Below, in pieces: positions 12,465 through 26,600 of a DNA stretch of 64,000 bases. The stretch is taken from contig KZ538417.1 in the NCBI GenBank assembly GCA_000934665.2, forward strand, positions 1-64,000, in the 5' to 3' direction. A model generated the notes under the pieces. That model was not told where the DNA came from. It saw nothing but the letters and a program-made list of their open reading frames with translations, and searched no databases. This DNA comes from Catajapyx aquilonaris. Its lineage: Eukaryota. Positions within the stretch are counted from its first letter, which is position 1; each line of letters begins with the position of its first letter. The position numbers and the translations under genes were made by a program.

Positions 12465-15400
12465 TATAGGGTATATCAGTTATATAAAAGGGAAAGGTTG
12501 TTCGTATGCCCCTACCACCATGCGACTATAGACCCCCGAATAATGAGTGTAGTAGTTAAAAATAATGAGTAGTTGGCCTACTTGGAACCCTTTTTCCTTC
12601 TTGCAAAAAAATGTTAGCCTCAATCCTGCTGGCTCCACACGTACTCAGGTTTCGAGGACCAAAGAGTAATAACCCCTGATGGTCAATCCGTCGCGTTGCC
12701 ATGGCCACTAAATGGACCTAGCTGTGGAAGAGGCTTCTCCCCACCAACATGGGGGGTGTTTTTGGGATCCCCCCACCCACCCATCCAACCCCCACCCATC
12801 CAACCCATCCAGGGGTTGAGCCGTAAGAAATGAGGCCCTAATGTGCGTCTCATAACGCGGGGCTTATCCCCAGACCGCAGTTGACCCAAGGACTTACAGC
12901 CTCCACGGTAGCGACCTCCATTTGCAAAACGGGGATGGGGCACCTCGCCCAAACTTGCCATTCCGTTATTTATCTTTTGTTATCGCCTACGCCCAACTTC
13001 GGGAGGGCCTGCATATGCGCCATCATGTGTGGTGTGTGGAGAGAGAGGATCGGGGGGGCCAACGTTTTATGAGAGCCTGGGTTTATTATGATATGAAATT
13101 GCTCGCACGTTGCGCAAACGAGACAAGGAGATCGTCTCAGATTGTCTGGATAAAGTGAGATCCACCCCGAACTATCCGGAATTTTCTGGCTGGCTTTGTT
13201 ACTTGCCCCATTATTGTGAACAGAGTCAACTGGATTCCTCTCTCTATATTGCCTGCTGGAAGCGTGTTTATGGTTCGGTTCAGGTGTAGGTTTATTAAAT
13301 TTGTGGGGGGGCTTGAGCGACAGTTTCAACGGTACGGCTGTCATTGTACTGTCTGCCCGTGCAGAAGCGGGGCTTTTGCCAAATTCCGCAGCATGATTTG
13401 GGCCCGCTTCGGGTGTTCGCACCTGTTGTTTAGCTAGGTTAATGATTGGCAGGGCTGGCGACCAGTCCCTCAAAAAATATTAAATGAATGTTTGCCATAT
13501 TTTGAATAGTGGTGCTATGGAACAACGATATTTCAAGTTCTTTTTCTCCTAATAAGAGTGTATGGACCCCTTTTTCTTTCTGGTTGCAAAAAAATGTAGA
13601 TTGGACAGCGGTTGTGTCCAACTGGTGTGGTTTCGGAGAAAAATGAGATCCGGCCTTTTCTGGCTGCGTGCTTTTCTACTTCTGCAACCGGATGACAACT
13701 GGATAGGCCAAGAACTTTAATGTCCTTCCCTCTCGTCCATTCTCCTTTTTTCCCCTTTCTTCTCAAAAAAAACGAAGGAGGAGGAGGAGGAAAAAGGGAG
13801 GGGGAGGGAGTAATATCCTTTATGTAAAACTGCTTCGTGCACGATTTCATCCGGGAGCAATCCGCTTCAGAACAACCCTGGGATAAATATATGGAAGCGG
13901 ATTTTTTTTCTAAGCAGACGCCTGTTCCTCTGTAGTACGCCATTGGTTTTGCAAGGAACCGTTTTCTGTGGGAATATTTGGGAATTTCACTCTCAGGGAA
14001 ATGGCCACATCACTCACTGTCGTGTAGGTTCTGTTGTAAGGATGCCGTCTCGAGATCTCTCTTCTCTTCTCCTTCCTTTTGCTTGCTTCTTCTTCGGGTT
14101 TTCTTTTTTTTTAGGTGTGTGTGTGTCCTTCTTCAAGCCCCCGGATCCACTCAGGAATGAGTTTAAAAGTAATCGAAGGCAGCTTAGCTCCGGCGTGGAT
14201 TTGGTGAGGTATCGACTTGTCCCATTGGAAAAGGCCAGGAGTTGTAGGCCTGTCATTCCTGGGTGAATAATGGCGGCCGCTCTTTGCTCCTCGCTTCCAA
14301 CCGAAAACATTAGGCTGCGGATACAGCCTGGGCCTCTCCCTGAAAAAAAAAAAAACTATTTCCGGGATGGGGGTAGGAGTAAGGGGGGATCAGTTTTGAA
14401 AAAGCGCAATAAACTTTACTATTTGCATTCGAGTTGCCTGGAACGCAGACTTTTGTAGGATACTCCCAAAGCTCAGTGTATACTGAGGCCTGACTAATGT
14501 GACTTATATTCTGAACCATCAGCTCGAACCTTGCTTTTCAATTGAAACTAATTATAGCAGGATGTGTACTTTTTTTTTAATCGAAGTTGCTTTTAGTGGC
14601 TAGTTCTGGTTGCGTGGAGCTGTCCTTTTGAAGTCCTGTTAAACACCTGGATGAATTGCAGTTCATTTGCAGAGGTGCCTAGGCTTGGTAACCCCCTCCG
14701 CCGGATTAGCTCCCCGGAAATTCTCCCTCCGTCTGCATGAACTATAAGAGATGCCCGAGCATTGCACAGGCAGGACTAAAAACTCCGTCACAGTTAGCCT
14801 TCAAAAGTGCGAAAAGAGACTTGGGGGGATTGCTCCATTCTGGCTTCATTGCAGAGCGCTCGTAAAAGACACGGTGGAAGGGAAAAGCATTTTTTTTTTA
14901 CCTCTCTCTCCCTGCGCGGAATGGAACTGCCAAAGCCTAGACGCCATAGGAATGCATTAAGGCCAGTCCCCTGTGTCAACCCCGGATTTCCTACCCCTTC
15001 TCTCTATTTCCTTTTTTTAAGTTGTAACCTGGAGCAGTTTATTCAGCACCATATGGGTAACGGAAAGAATTTGATTGCTGCGACTAGCAGAATAGCGGTT
15101 TACAATCGCCGTTAGGTAGTAGCGGTTTAGAATAGCAGTAGGCTTCAAAACGTTGTTATTCTATCCTCAAAATTCTAGTTAATTTAATGCACTCTTCAAC
15201 CTGTAGGCCCTGCTGCATAATGCAACAACTACGTCGATGCATCGGGGCCTAAGGATTGTCGCAAAAATTTCTGCCAATTGATGTGTTTTAACGGTGGGCG
15301 GGTTGTGTGTGTGTGTGTACAGTATGTGCATCCTGCCGCCACCGCCCGGTTTCCCATGTTTATAAAAGCTCCATTCCTGTTTCCAATTAGTGCTTTGATG

Positions 15401-15638
15401 TATAGATGACACGGCGAGTTTGTTTCTCATTTTGTGGGGGGGGTGGACTACAGCGCTCAATATTGCTCGTAAAATGAACGGCGGCGCAGGGTTTTTAATC
15501 CAACTCTTTTTTTCCACCCCTTTGTGTCGTATCAAATGTTAATATCGGGACTGTAGGCTTATTGGCCAGTCGAATCGGTCAAGTGGACAATTTTTTGGGA
15601 GAGTGGACTGCAGGATATTTGTTTCTGCAATACTGCTA

Positions 15639-15741
15639 TAGTAGCGGACCCGTTGCCAAATTTTGGCCCACCTCACAAGTTGGACGTAGTGCGATAGACC
15701 ACTACCAGTTGGCACATATAGGCTCTCCCTCTGCACACTCC
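15639..15741 (+). mobile_element. Family A copy (left part)
   Basis: acccgttgccaaattttggc...ttggacgtagtgcgatagaccactaccagttggc...ctctgcacactcc, very similar to 33582-33680. Confidence 0.75.
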
Positions 15742-18700
15742 AGTCTTACTTGCCGATAGCAAATATCAGCCTGCACAACTGTCATACAATAACATTTCAT
15801 TCCTCCTACTGAAACTAGCCCGTATAAGCCCCCATGACTCCGGATTCACGAAATAAAAAAAATACAGAAATTGTATAACATATACTGGTACATTATATGA
15901 GACCCAATCCTCATAAAAAGCTGGATAATTTGTCAAGATTAAACCGTTCTATCCCCCCTCTCAACCATTCGAAATGGTAATGCTATCATGTTATCAGCAA
16001 GCCAGTGTGGTGGGGCTGTATTCCCTTCAGAGAGAGGGGTTTTTCCACTTATTGGGAAATGCCTAAGCACAATCTCTCTAGCTCTCCTCCCTACCCCACC
16101 CACTGGACCGTCGTTTTTGTCTGGAGCCTGAGGGAGGGTTGCAGAAACCAGATAAGAGCTTAACAAAACATTTTCATTCTTCTGCAACTTTGTGTGTGTG
16201 TGAGACAGAAAGAATTGCACTTTTGAATCAATTCTTTTTTTTTAGCCACCATTCTTTGCATGCCAGATAAGCCCTCTTTCTCGTTCATTCCATTTCCGGA
16301 ATTCTTCGCGAGCATTAATCCGAAATGGACCAGACAGTAACATGCATTTTTAAAATTATTTTTTTGAAAGGCAGGAATATAAGCCAACCTTCATTACTAG
16401 GATATTATACACATCCTATCAGATTGGAACCAGAAAATACCGTATGTCATACTAATCTTCATAGTCGAATGAATTTCCACATGTGAAGCTCGCTCGGGAT
16501 TATCCAACAGCCTGCATCTGCCAATGAAGAACACGCGGGCAATTTCTCCTAGGGAGACTCATTAGCATAAAGTCTGGATCCGACATTGGGAACGATTGGA
16601 CCCATCCATTCTCTAGGCCTACACTGACTGGCTCGAAGCGAAAAAAGAGATGGCAGTGGGGGGGACGGGACCGATAAAGCTCATTTCCCCTGGAGATCTA
16701 ATTTTTCAAACTGGCATCCAGTATTGTTGAACAGAGAGAGTGGCCGGTTTGCACACACACGAAAAAAATATATAATGAGAAGAGGCACTGAGAGAGATAC
16801 AGTACATATTGCCAAAAAAAAAGTATTGTAAAAGAGTGGATTCTAAGCCTACTCAATAATGGTGCATTATGCAGTGTTGGAGAGAAAAAAGTTTGGTCCA
16901 GTAGCGGATGTTGTGTGGCGCAGATTGGGCAGCAGATGGACGTCATATTCTGCACATACAAATTTTGGTGTCAGGCTGGTCATGTGTGCTGGGGTTTATT
17001 CACAGCCCATCAATCACATAATTAATTTTCACAGTCACGTCCAACCTAATGGCAGCATTTCAGAAAAGATAGACTTCAACATTTTGTTTGCACTAAAAAA
17101 ATACAATCCGCAGGGTTGTACCGATATTTTATTAAAAACAAATAGAGAGGTTATTACGCAGTCGTGCGGTTGTGTTGTGCAGTTGGACCATCGGTAATTG
17201 CACTTTGCAGCGCCACTTAATGAAGAAAACTGGCCAATTTAATGAGTGCAATTAAAACTAATTTGCATTGTTTTTGAAGCCTAACGCAGTGTGATAAATG
17301 GAGTGGCAGTATTGGGTATTGCAACAAGCTCAACCATTTTCATATGCATGTGCTTCAAGAGTAATCGAATCGAACAGTTTCATTCGATTGAAAATAAATT
17401 AACCGATTATAAATAAAAAAGTAGTGATGAATATACAAAAATGTCCCAAGTTTTCGTCATTACTAAATCATTTTCTAATAACTTTTATTATAAATTGTCG
17501 GATTGCCATTAGGGGTGTAACATTTTTCCTTGTTGCTCATAAAAAGTACTGTATATATTTATTAAAATAATAGAGCTCTATTTATGGAGATGGCTATAAC
17601 TACAAAAGAATTTTCTCACCTGTTCAGCGGATTCATCTGCATGTACTGAACACCCTGTAGGAACATTGGTTTTTCAACGCTTGCTTTTTTCCGCAGCATA
17701 CCGACCAGAAGTTACGAGTTGAGCCGATTCCCCGGGCCAAAATACGGTGCGTTATGTAATCTCTGGGGCCGAGTTTGCATAAAAGAGAGGGGGGGAGGGG
17801 AGGGGAGGGAGGAAAGGTGGTCTGGTGTTAATCGAGGCTATTCGTCGCAACTAGCGTCAAATGCAGTTCCTATGGGGACGTCCGAGTGCGAGTAATGTTC
17901 GGCGTCTGACGTGGATTTAGACCCCCTTCCACCCACCCTCCGGATGCAAGTTGCGAAAACCCTCCTCTCTAAAATCGCAATGGACCCGGAAGTCGCACCC
18001 GATTCATCAGCACTCACTGACCAAAAAAAAAAAAAGAATCAATGATCCGGGAGATTAAGAGTGAACGAACGATTCTCTGTGGGAAGGGGGGGGGGGGGAG
18101 AGAGAGAGTGAGAATTATTATTATTGCTGTTATAGTGATTACACCTCGTGGGAACTAGAGGGCATACCCTTTGAACCTAGAGGTGAACCTGGGCCACAAA
18201 TCTGGGAAGTGTAGATTAAGAGAAGCATATCGAAGTCTGCACCATTTCCAGGATTTTAATTTATTTTAAAAATAATAAAATTAGAAGGAATACACAATTA
18301 CCGATTGGACCAGTCAGAAAATCAATTATTAAGGTGTCCAACTTGATAGGTTTTACTGATATTTATCAGTTTTTCATAATATTGTATGTACTGCACTGAC
18401 TTGCACAATATCTGGCCAAAAATGTCCGACTCTTTCCGAGCCTCACATCATCAGAAAGTGCTGATCATTTGAATGATGCAGGATTCATCCAAACGTATTG
18501 AAGAGACCAGTGTCGCATTACAAGGTCGGGATGTATATAGAAGTGCATGAGAGAGGAATAAAGGTTCAGGGGGGAGACAGGCCTCCTCTCCGATTTCACG
18601 TCCATCAAGCCCTCTCTTCTTCCTCTTTTCCAAGAACCGCAACAGACCTAACGAGGCACAATTGGGGGGCCTCAATTTCCACCTGGATGAGCAGCTGAGG

Positions 18701-20009
18701 AAAGCCCTTCAATGCACACTCGGTTGCACCTCCATATCCTGTCCCCCACTTCAAACCACAGGGTTAATCGTAAACCAAAAATTGGTTTTCCAAAAATGGT
18801 GTGGAACTGATTTTCATCGTGGGACTACTTGGCTCAGTTTTTGACTCACCCTGTGTGAAGTGGCCTGGAAGTGGTGGCATAGCCCTTCCAGTCTCTCTCT
18901 CTCTCTCTCTCTCGCCACTTCCAGCCAAAACCAGCAGCATCCGTGGCAACAGATGCTGCCTTTCTGCCACACTTGGCATGATTATTCATCCCTGGTGGTC
19001 CGACCCTCCACTCCGCAACATGGCTTCCCAATTCGACCGTTTTCACACCCAACACTCCCGCGGTGTATCAGACGAATATTATTGCAGGAGGTTTGCTGCC
19101 TGCCTGCCTGCCTGCCTTTGCATATATAGCCAAGGCCCACCAGAACCTTGTTTAGGCCAATTTGCTCAAACGGAAAGGTTAATTGGTTCTTTCAAGTGCG
19201 GGAGCCCTTTCAAGTGCACCGTGGGGTAATCAATACCTGTGAAACACCATTGTCGAGGTGGGGGTGGATTAGGCCTCCTTTTGCAAGGTTGGAGGCTTCG
19301 TTTTATACTGAGGGAGAGAAGATGAAAGAGCGACTAGGGTTGGTGGATGGGGTTTCTTAACGCAGGGGAGATTTTACGCCTAATTTTATAATCATTAATA
19401 ATTCCCCGGGTGCAAGCGTATTAAGTCAGTGACCGGATTTTACGACAGGATGAATTTTGCTGAGCCCAGCGCATTTACAAGGGGACAAAAATGCAATGGA
19501 ATAATCTCTTCTGCTGGACGAAACAATGATCGTCACTATTTTTGTCAGTATATCAAAAATATAATTAATTGCACACTATTGGAAAATGTTAGCAGATAAT
19601 TGATATTTTACAGCATCCATCGCTGCAACATAAATATGGTTATTTAGCCTGCAAGGTTGTACTTGTTTGTTGAAATTGTTAATTGGCTTTTTTGCATTGA
19701 AAACTGCATGAGTAGCTGAATTACACAATGTTTATGGGCGTGGATCGGTTCAGTTTAGGTTATAACAAATTTCCATGTTGCTATGATCGATAAGACTAAA
19801 AGAGAGGCCTTTTTGCGACACTTCCCCACAAGCCTTCAGAGATAGAGTATAGCAGTATTTGGCTAAGCTTCCAGAGCAACTTCATGCAAGTTCAACTTTC
19901 ATAACATGATGTCATCAGACTTGATTAAACTAACATTTACCTCGAGGGGGTACTCACTCAACTGAAAAGTGTACACCGGAGTACCTAGGAGTACTGTACA
20001 ACGATCCTT

Positions 20010-20053
20010 CGCACGATGGCAGTAATGTGCAGAAAGGGAGGATGCGCCATCTG
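20010..20053 (-). mobile_element. Family A fragment
   Basis: cgcacgatggcagtaatgtgcagaaagggaggatgcgccatctg closely matches 9941-9984. Confidence 0.65.
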
Positions 20054-22006
20054 TTGGAGGAGTAAGGTACTATATGGACATTCGGAGATCCTAGCAGTGT
20101 CTAATGCCATTTTGTGTCTTTTTGTCAGCTTTTCACCATGAGATGAGCTTATTTTTGCTGCAAAGTTTGGATTAGACTGAAACACTATAGGAGACAGGGT
20201 CGGTTCTAATCTTCCCTGACTGCCAGTTGTACCGTTTTGCAAGGCCTTTGGTCCCCCTTGCACTGCGATAGTACCCAATGAATAATACAGCAGCATTCAG
20301 ACGTTTCTGACTAATCGCGCCCTGAAGTATTAACGGCATTTAATTTTAGGAGTCTCCTCGCTTATGATTTCACGGGACAGGAAATCTAGGAGTGAAAGGG
20401 GCCCTCTCTCCTAAGCCCCCTCTCCCCCTCTTTTCCCCTACACCATCATAGTTGTTTGAGAAAAGCTCTTCGTCTGTGTGGGTATGAGTCGAGTGCTGGC
20501 GAATAAAGCGCACGTGTAGGTTAATTAGAGAGTGGTCGGAGATTACACGGGTCGTGCAGGATTCAGGCTTTTTGGAGGCGGCGGCGGCGGATCCGCGGTT
20601 GCTATGGTAAAAGTTGTACTAGGAGATGATGGCCCTTTTTCCTTGAATCGATTTCCGGGTGTGTCCCGGGGCCCCAGGTGGAAATAGGGCCATAGTACCC
20701 AACTCTACAGGGTGTTACGGACGAAAAAATTCCCCGAGTTTGTGGCTCTTATCACAACACTCCTACTTTTTGGGGGTTAGTTGTGTGAGCCCCGCAGTAT
20801 ATAGCAAGCACCCTCCCAAAACAAGTCGTACCCACGGCTCTTACTCTTAATTAGATTCCGGGATTTGCTGTGGGTCCAGAGAGCATAAAAGGATGGGGTG
20901 GCTGGCAATCAGTTCCCATTGTGGACAGGCAACGCGGCGGAAGGGCCAGACAAGCCAGATGCCTTGTTTGCAGGCCTTCACGCTCTGGTTCCTTACATTG
21001 ATTACTGGGCTCCCTCTGACACACTCGCATCATGTTGCCTCCTCAGACGCTGCATCCAAGAGGAACACACTCACACAGCCAAGTATAAGCCACCATTCAA
21101 CCAAATCAGGGACAAAATGGGGTCGAAGACACTTATGACTACATAATGTATATAACTGATTTATTTAAGGAATATTTTGAGTGTACTGAAAGGTTCATTG
21201 CACCAACAAGCGTTTTCTTTGGCTTCCTGCTCACAGGCCCCCTCCCCATGTTTCGTCACACCCGGGCCAGAAAAGCCCATCCAAGTTGGGCACACCCCAA
21301 GGGGCTGTAAACCGATCCGCAACTTGGTTCCGGGTCCCCTCCCACACAAGTTAAAGTCTAGAGATGGAGGAGAGAGACCACCTTTCCGAATATGGCGACA
21401 AGTCCACACAATTTCGTTGTAAAGCGATAAACCAAGCCCAGCCCGTTTTCCTCGGGACATGCATTCAATATCTGGGGGCTATTGGAGGATTATTGTGCCA
21501 TTCGGTCCAATTCTCCTCGGGAGGAAACAAGGTTGTGGCCACTGCTTCAGTGTAATGTGTGTGTACAGTGTATATACACACACCGCTAGATGTAATTGCC
21601 CAGACCACCTTCAGGATTACTTCACATTTACGACTCGGACTAGATTGAAGTCCTCCCCCACTTTAATTGTTGGGTCGTCTGGAATAAGCGTCTTCTTGAA
21701 GATTTAATTGAGAGGAAGATACATGCAGGTCCCCACACCGCGGAATGGGTAGAGGTTGCTACACACACATCAGATTTTATTTCCCCGTTGCTTTTCCCTC
21801 GGCTGCTGCCTGCAGGGGGGGGGGGGGGNGCTCTTTCCTCTGCAGCAATTCGGTGGCCTCGCTGCAGATGACATTTCTGCAAAGTATGGCCGTAAACTTG
21901 GTTCCGAACAGCGCTTCGCGACAGCCCAGTTCGCGCCGAATTCGAGACGAGGATGAAAGGGATTCATCCCTGGCAATCAATTGGGATAGTGCTGAAACCT
22001 CCTTCG

Positions 22007-22044
22007 AAGAAGAAGAAGGAGGAGGAGGAGGAGGAGGAGGAGGA
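22007..22044. repeat. (GAA)n-(GGA)n compound trinucleotide microsatellite
   Basis: gaagaagaagaaggaggaggagga... directly visible. Confidence 0.9.
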
Positions 22045-22867
22045 AAAAAAGTTCTTTTCACATATCCTCATTTTCCTCTAGCTGCTTTTTCACTTGGTCA
22101 GAAACATGGGTATAGGATTACAGCTCTTTTCGTATATTGCTGTTATTGCTGGTTTATAGGTTATTGTCCAGGAATGTGGTCAGGCCTGATAGCTGCGGTG
22201 TCTGGAATCATTCGACAATAAAGTGGGCTCAGATTTGGCTCAAATTGTTCCGGATTGGAGATTGCAAGAAGTATTTTCTCCGTTAGTATCACGTTGGAGA
22301 AAGTGAAGTAAAAAAAAAAACTCAAATCGTTTAGCTAGAATCATTGGCAACTCACATCAATAAAGGTTGGAGACACTGTCTTAGAATAATGCACTGTTCT
22401 GACTTCATGACCTCAACAATTCTGGCTTGTAGCTCCCTCCAATACATTTCCAACAGGTTTGGATGACCGATATAAAATTGGCACTTGAGCCCAAAGAGAG
22501 GCTGAAGTGCACCCAAATGCGCAGTAAGTTCTTCTCCTCCAGTCTCCACCACCCCCCAAAAAGAAGAAGAAAGCCTCTAGATGTGTATCCTCCAAATAAT
22601 CCGGGATATGTAAAGAGCTCCCGAAGGCCTCACTTTGATCCCACCCTTCGTGCCAATAACAAAGGGAATGGCCTCGAGTTGGGACCAAGATTCAGTTAGA
22701 GATGAACTCCGGAAGCCTCTTGAGGACAGAGGACTCGTCTCCTCGACTGCTTGCCAAGGCGGGTTAGAGAGACTATAACCCTGGGTTTTGAGGGGTTCCA
22801 ATTTCCTTTCTGGAGAGAGAGGAGTCCGGTCTGTTCCAAGTGATGTCAATGAGTTTGATCGAGTGAG

Positions 22868-22949
22868 CTAATTAAACATTGTTCTCTCTTGTTGCAGGTA
22901 AGTGCTTGAAACCACTGGTTGAAAAATTTGGACTGCGTGTAAGGTAAGG
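22868..22949 (+). promoter_or_regulatory. Candidate recursive splice site (ratchet point) 1 with downstream cryptic RP-exon donor
   Basis: CTAAT branch-point-like motif (22868-22872), AG-free tract taaacattgttctctcttgttg, CAG (22895-22897) directly abutting the consensus donor GTAAGT (22898-22903). A second donor AAG|GTAAGG at 22944 would define a 46-nt cryptic exon (22898-22943). Confidence 0.7.
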
Positions 22950-23580
22950 TTCAGTGTTTTTGTAATTGAATCGCCCCGAGAGCGCTTCACTCTCAAAGTG
23001 TTGTGGATTGGACGGGTAATGACCGGTAATGACACTGTGATATACGCGTTACAACCGTGTCCGAGCACATGCAAGCCTCTTGATGTAGCCTGCTGGATTA
23101 TGTAATTAGGGGAACATCAAAACGGAACAAATGCCAACAATGGAGCTGAAGATGGCCCTTAAATCAGTGTTGCTCCAAGTACATTTTTTGGGGGCCAATT
23201 TAGGCATAGCAATTTTTTTTGCAAATTGTTTTGCAATGTTTTGTATTCTGAACTAGATGCTGGATTGTTATTGACTCAGCGCAATTTACACGCGATCACT
23301 ATTAAACTACTGTTAGATTCACTGGAGATTCCGCTACAGTCATTCACTTTTGGAAGAGAGATGGTTGTGTCCCGGATATTGGAAACTCCCGTCCGCATAT
23401 CCGGTCTCTGATGTTGACGCCCCCGACTCACTTCCGCTACCCTCGGCGATTCGCTAATTGCCCATATCTAGGCCTACCATTAATTATTGGTTCCAGCAGC
23501 TGTAATAGACCAAAATTAGCTTTCTCTGTTTGCATGAGGTTCACTTCTTGTACTGTTACATTACTCTTTCCATCGCTACT

Positions 23581-23624
23581 TTGTTTCATCCTGGCATCAT
23601 GCAACCCAACAAACACGGTTTGCA
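23581..23624 (+). repeat. Dispersed repeat B (second copy at about 60826-60869)
   Basis: ttgtttcatcctggcatcatgcaacccaacaaacacggtttgca vs ttgtttcatcctggcatgatgcaacccaagaaacacgctttgca: 44 bp with 3 mismatches. Confidence 0.75.
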
Positions 23625-26600
23625 ATTTTTTTACACATTTCATACAGGCACAATAATATCAGAAAAATTCGTCCAAAGTTCTGGCCTCGTTTTCCTCAGA
23701 TGTACTATATGATTGTGGCATCTTGATCAACTTTTTTTTCCTCCCCATCTCCTTGGGTTCCTTTCCCGGACTTTTTGGGGTAGAAAATTGTTGGAGAGCC
23801 CCAGTTGGTCCTGGCCAGACAAAGGCAGAAATCCCTCCGCCATTTCCGTCACTGGGCACAAGAGACAATCGGAGCCCAGATAGGCGTAGATGCGTGTCTT
23901 TATTGGCCGGGTGGCACTTGTCTGGGAAATGGTCTGGGTGGGTGGGTGGGGATGCTGGAGACGAAGTGGCCTTTGCTGGACCCCAAAAGATGCCCTCTGG
24001 ACTTTGGCCCCCGGGAGATACAATAAGGGAAGGAGATAAAGTAGGGTGGGGTGGGAGAGAGAGAGAGAGAAAAAAGTAGGTTTAGTTAGAGGGTAGTGAT
24101 GGAGTGAAGCTGCACAAAAGGAAGGGCTGAGATGACATGTCCGGCAGGCAGACAATGAGCCCTGCTGCTATTACCTGTCCTGCCAGGGAAAAGCATTTCC
24201 GCGTTCGGACCAGCACATAAAGTGCCTCCTGGTTCAGGGCTAGGATTTATCGGCCGGAATCCTCCCAGGCTTAATTTATGGCGCGTGTTAAGCGAGTATG
24301 AAAGAACGCGATTAGTTGCTCGGATGAAAATTTGGATTCATTTTTAGCCATTTTTTGGGGGCCCGCCTTCTATGATTTATGTGGCGACTGGGGTTGCCTT
24401 TTTTTATAGGTGGAGAAAGATGGTCGTAAGAGCTGGTTGTTTGGGAGGACTTGCGATGCTTAAGAGTTTGGCCGCGATTAAAATAGAAATGGGACAATGC
24501 GTTTATTTTGTTAGACTAATGGCGAATGTACTACCACCCTGTAAAGACTACAGGACTATAGTGGTAATATAAGCGAATAAATCGGTGAACTGCCACAAAA
24601 AATGGATTAGCCAGGCTATCGTCACTGCCCCGTTGAAGGCATTATTCAATTTGCACTGTTCACTAGTTAGCTGTTGCGAAATTAACACTCAATGAGAATA
24701 ATGGCGTTGCTAATGGGACGGAAAATATTGAATTAGGCCTACTCATTACATGATCAGATAGTTGGTGGTTGCCACTAAATTTTGTAACAATTAGGCCACT
24801 TTTTGCGTGAAATCTGTGGTAACAAGCCATGGAAGTGGAGCCAGGTTTGACATAAAATATTTCGTACGCTGCAACATACTTTGATTACTTGTTGTGTAAA
24901 GTCTGACGAGTAGGATTAAATAATTATGCCAACCAACTTCCTGATGGCTTTCACGAGTCATTGTTGATCCTAATTTTAATTATGTGACGAGAAAGGCTTA
25001 ATTTTTAAATTATAAGTTATGAATATATTATTTGTTGACTCTACACGTACTTGAATATATTTTCTAATTTAATTTTTATTTTCTAATTATGTAAGTTATC
25101 AATACGAGTAAATTGCTGATCCTAATTTTAATTATGTGACAATAATGGCTTGTTCACCTCTCTAAAACCCTCAGCAACTTGCATAAGGACCGACACGAAT
25201 TTATATATCTTACCTTTCCGCATCTTCTTACCCTCCTGGCCATAAAAACCCAGCGAGAAAACTCTTCCATTGCTCAAGAAAAAAATTTTGCAAGCCAAAA
25301 ATTGGCAAGCTCTCCCCCTCCTGCTCCCTTCCTGACAAATTCCGGACGCACAGACTGTTATGTAAAAATAGGAAGGGGGCCTGGTGTCTCCTCAATTCCG
25401 GACCGACTCCTTGATAAGGTGCGCCATATTTCGGGGGTAGGGAGCGGTGAGGAGTTTGCCGCCATCTTTTGCCAGCGGAAAAGGCAGCAGGAGACGAGAA
25501 AATCTATACAGAAGAATGCCTGGGCGTCTAGTGGCGCAGTTTATGGGGCTTATCAAGGGAGCAGGGGGATGGAGGAGGGTATGGAGGTGGGGAGGGATCC
25601 TCTACTTCTCGAAAAGATAATGACCGGCAGCCGCGGGGGGTAGATGGCGCGCACTTTCCCCAGGTTGTGTGCTTCTGGCTCTTTGACGGAAACACACAAG
25701 AAGAGAAGAAGCAGAGGGCCGTGAGACAGCATTCCTTGAAATATTGGCACTTTAACCTACTTTACAGAGAAGGGAAGAAGAACGAAGAAGCGCCTCCTTT
25801 GCGCCTAATGTCCCGTCCTTTTTTTTTCCCCCTTAGTAATTAAGTGCGGAAAATCTACTGTGTGGAAGGAGTTATTGGTATTAGTTTCGATTTCGAGAGC
25901 CCAGAAAGTGGGGGGTGGGAGTATCAGCATGATTGGGGCTTCTGGACCCAATAGGATGCTTCTGGGAGGGTTCTAAATCCCCGATGCTTGGATGGGGGCT
26001 GTTTAGAGACAAAGCTTCTGCACAAATTACAGGACATGGCCGAGGCGATTTTAGGGAAATCTGCACATTTGCGAAAACGGGGGAGGTTGGACCAGAAACA
26101 TGGAAGAGCTCTTCCTGGAGAGTGTGAGGAAATGGGCCAGGAAAATAGCGAGGACTTTAAAAAAAAAATCTGGATCGCAATTTTTTTTTTTGCTAAAATA
26201 TTGTAAGTGATCCAGCCACCCCCCAATTGTTGCAAATTGGTCTGTTTCGACCGTGTTATTCCGGAGGCTAGTATATAATTCGTGTCATTCCCAGGATAAT
26301 CAGGGATGATCCATGGCAGTCTGGGATAATCCGTAATTCGCCGAGAAGACAAGGAAGGTAAATTTATGGAAATTCATAATCTCACGGAAAGCCATGAATA
26401 TGAAGTGCAGTCAGGGGATAATCCGGGGAGTTCTAATACTTTTTTTAAAAATGAAAAATTGGGGTGAATAGTAATTCCTGAAACGAATACGTAGCATCAC
26501 GTCCACATCACGTCCATTGAAGTACAGCAGGATGTGGCAGAAACCTCTCGACTTAAATCCATTACAATGCCGGATGGTTGCCTAATGGATCGTAACTAGT

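Noticed and set aside
22352..22552. Peptide HPNLLEMYWRELQARIV faintly resembling the Tc1 transposase PDLNPIE-W motif
   Set aside because: The match is too weak, with no other DDE motifs or flanking TIRs; would need a tBLASTn/HMM hit.
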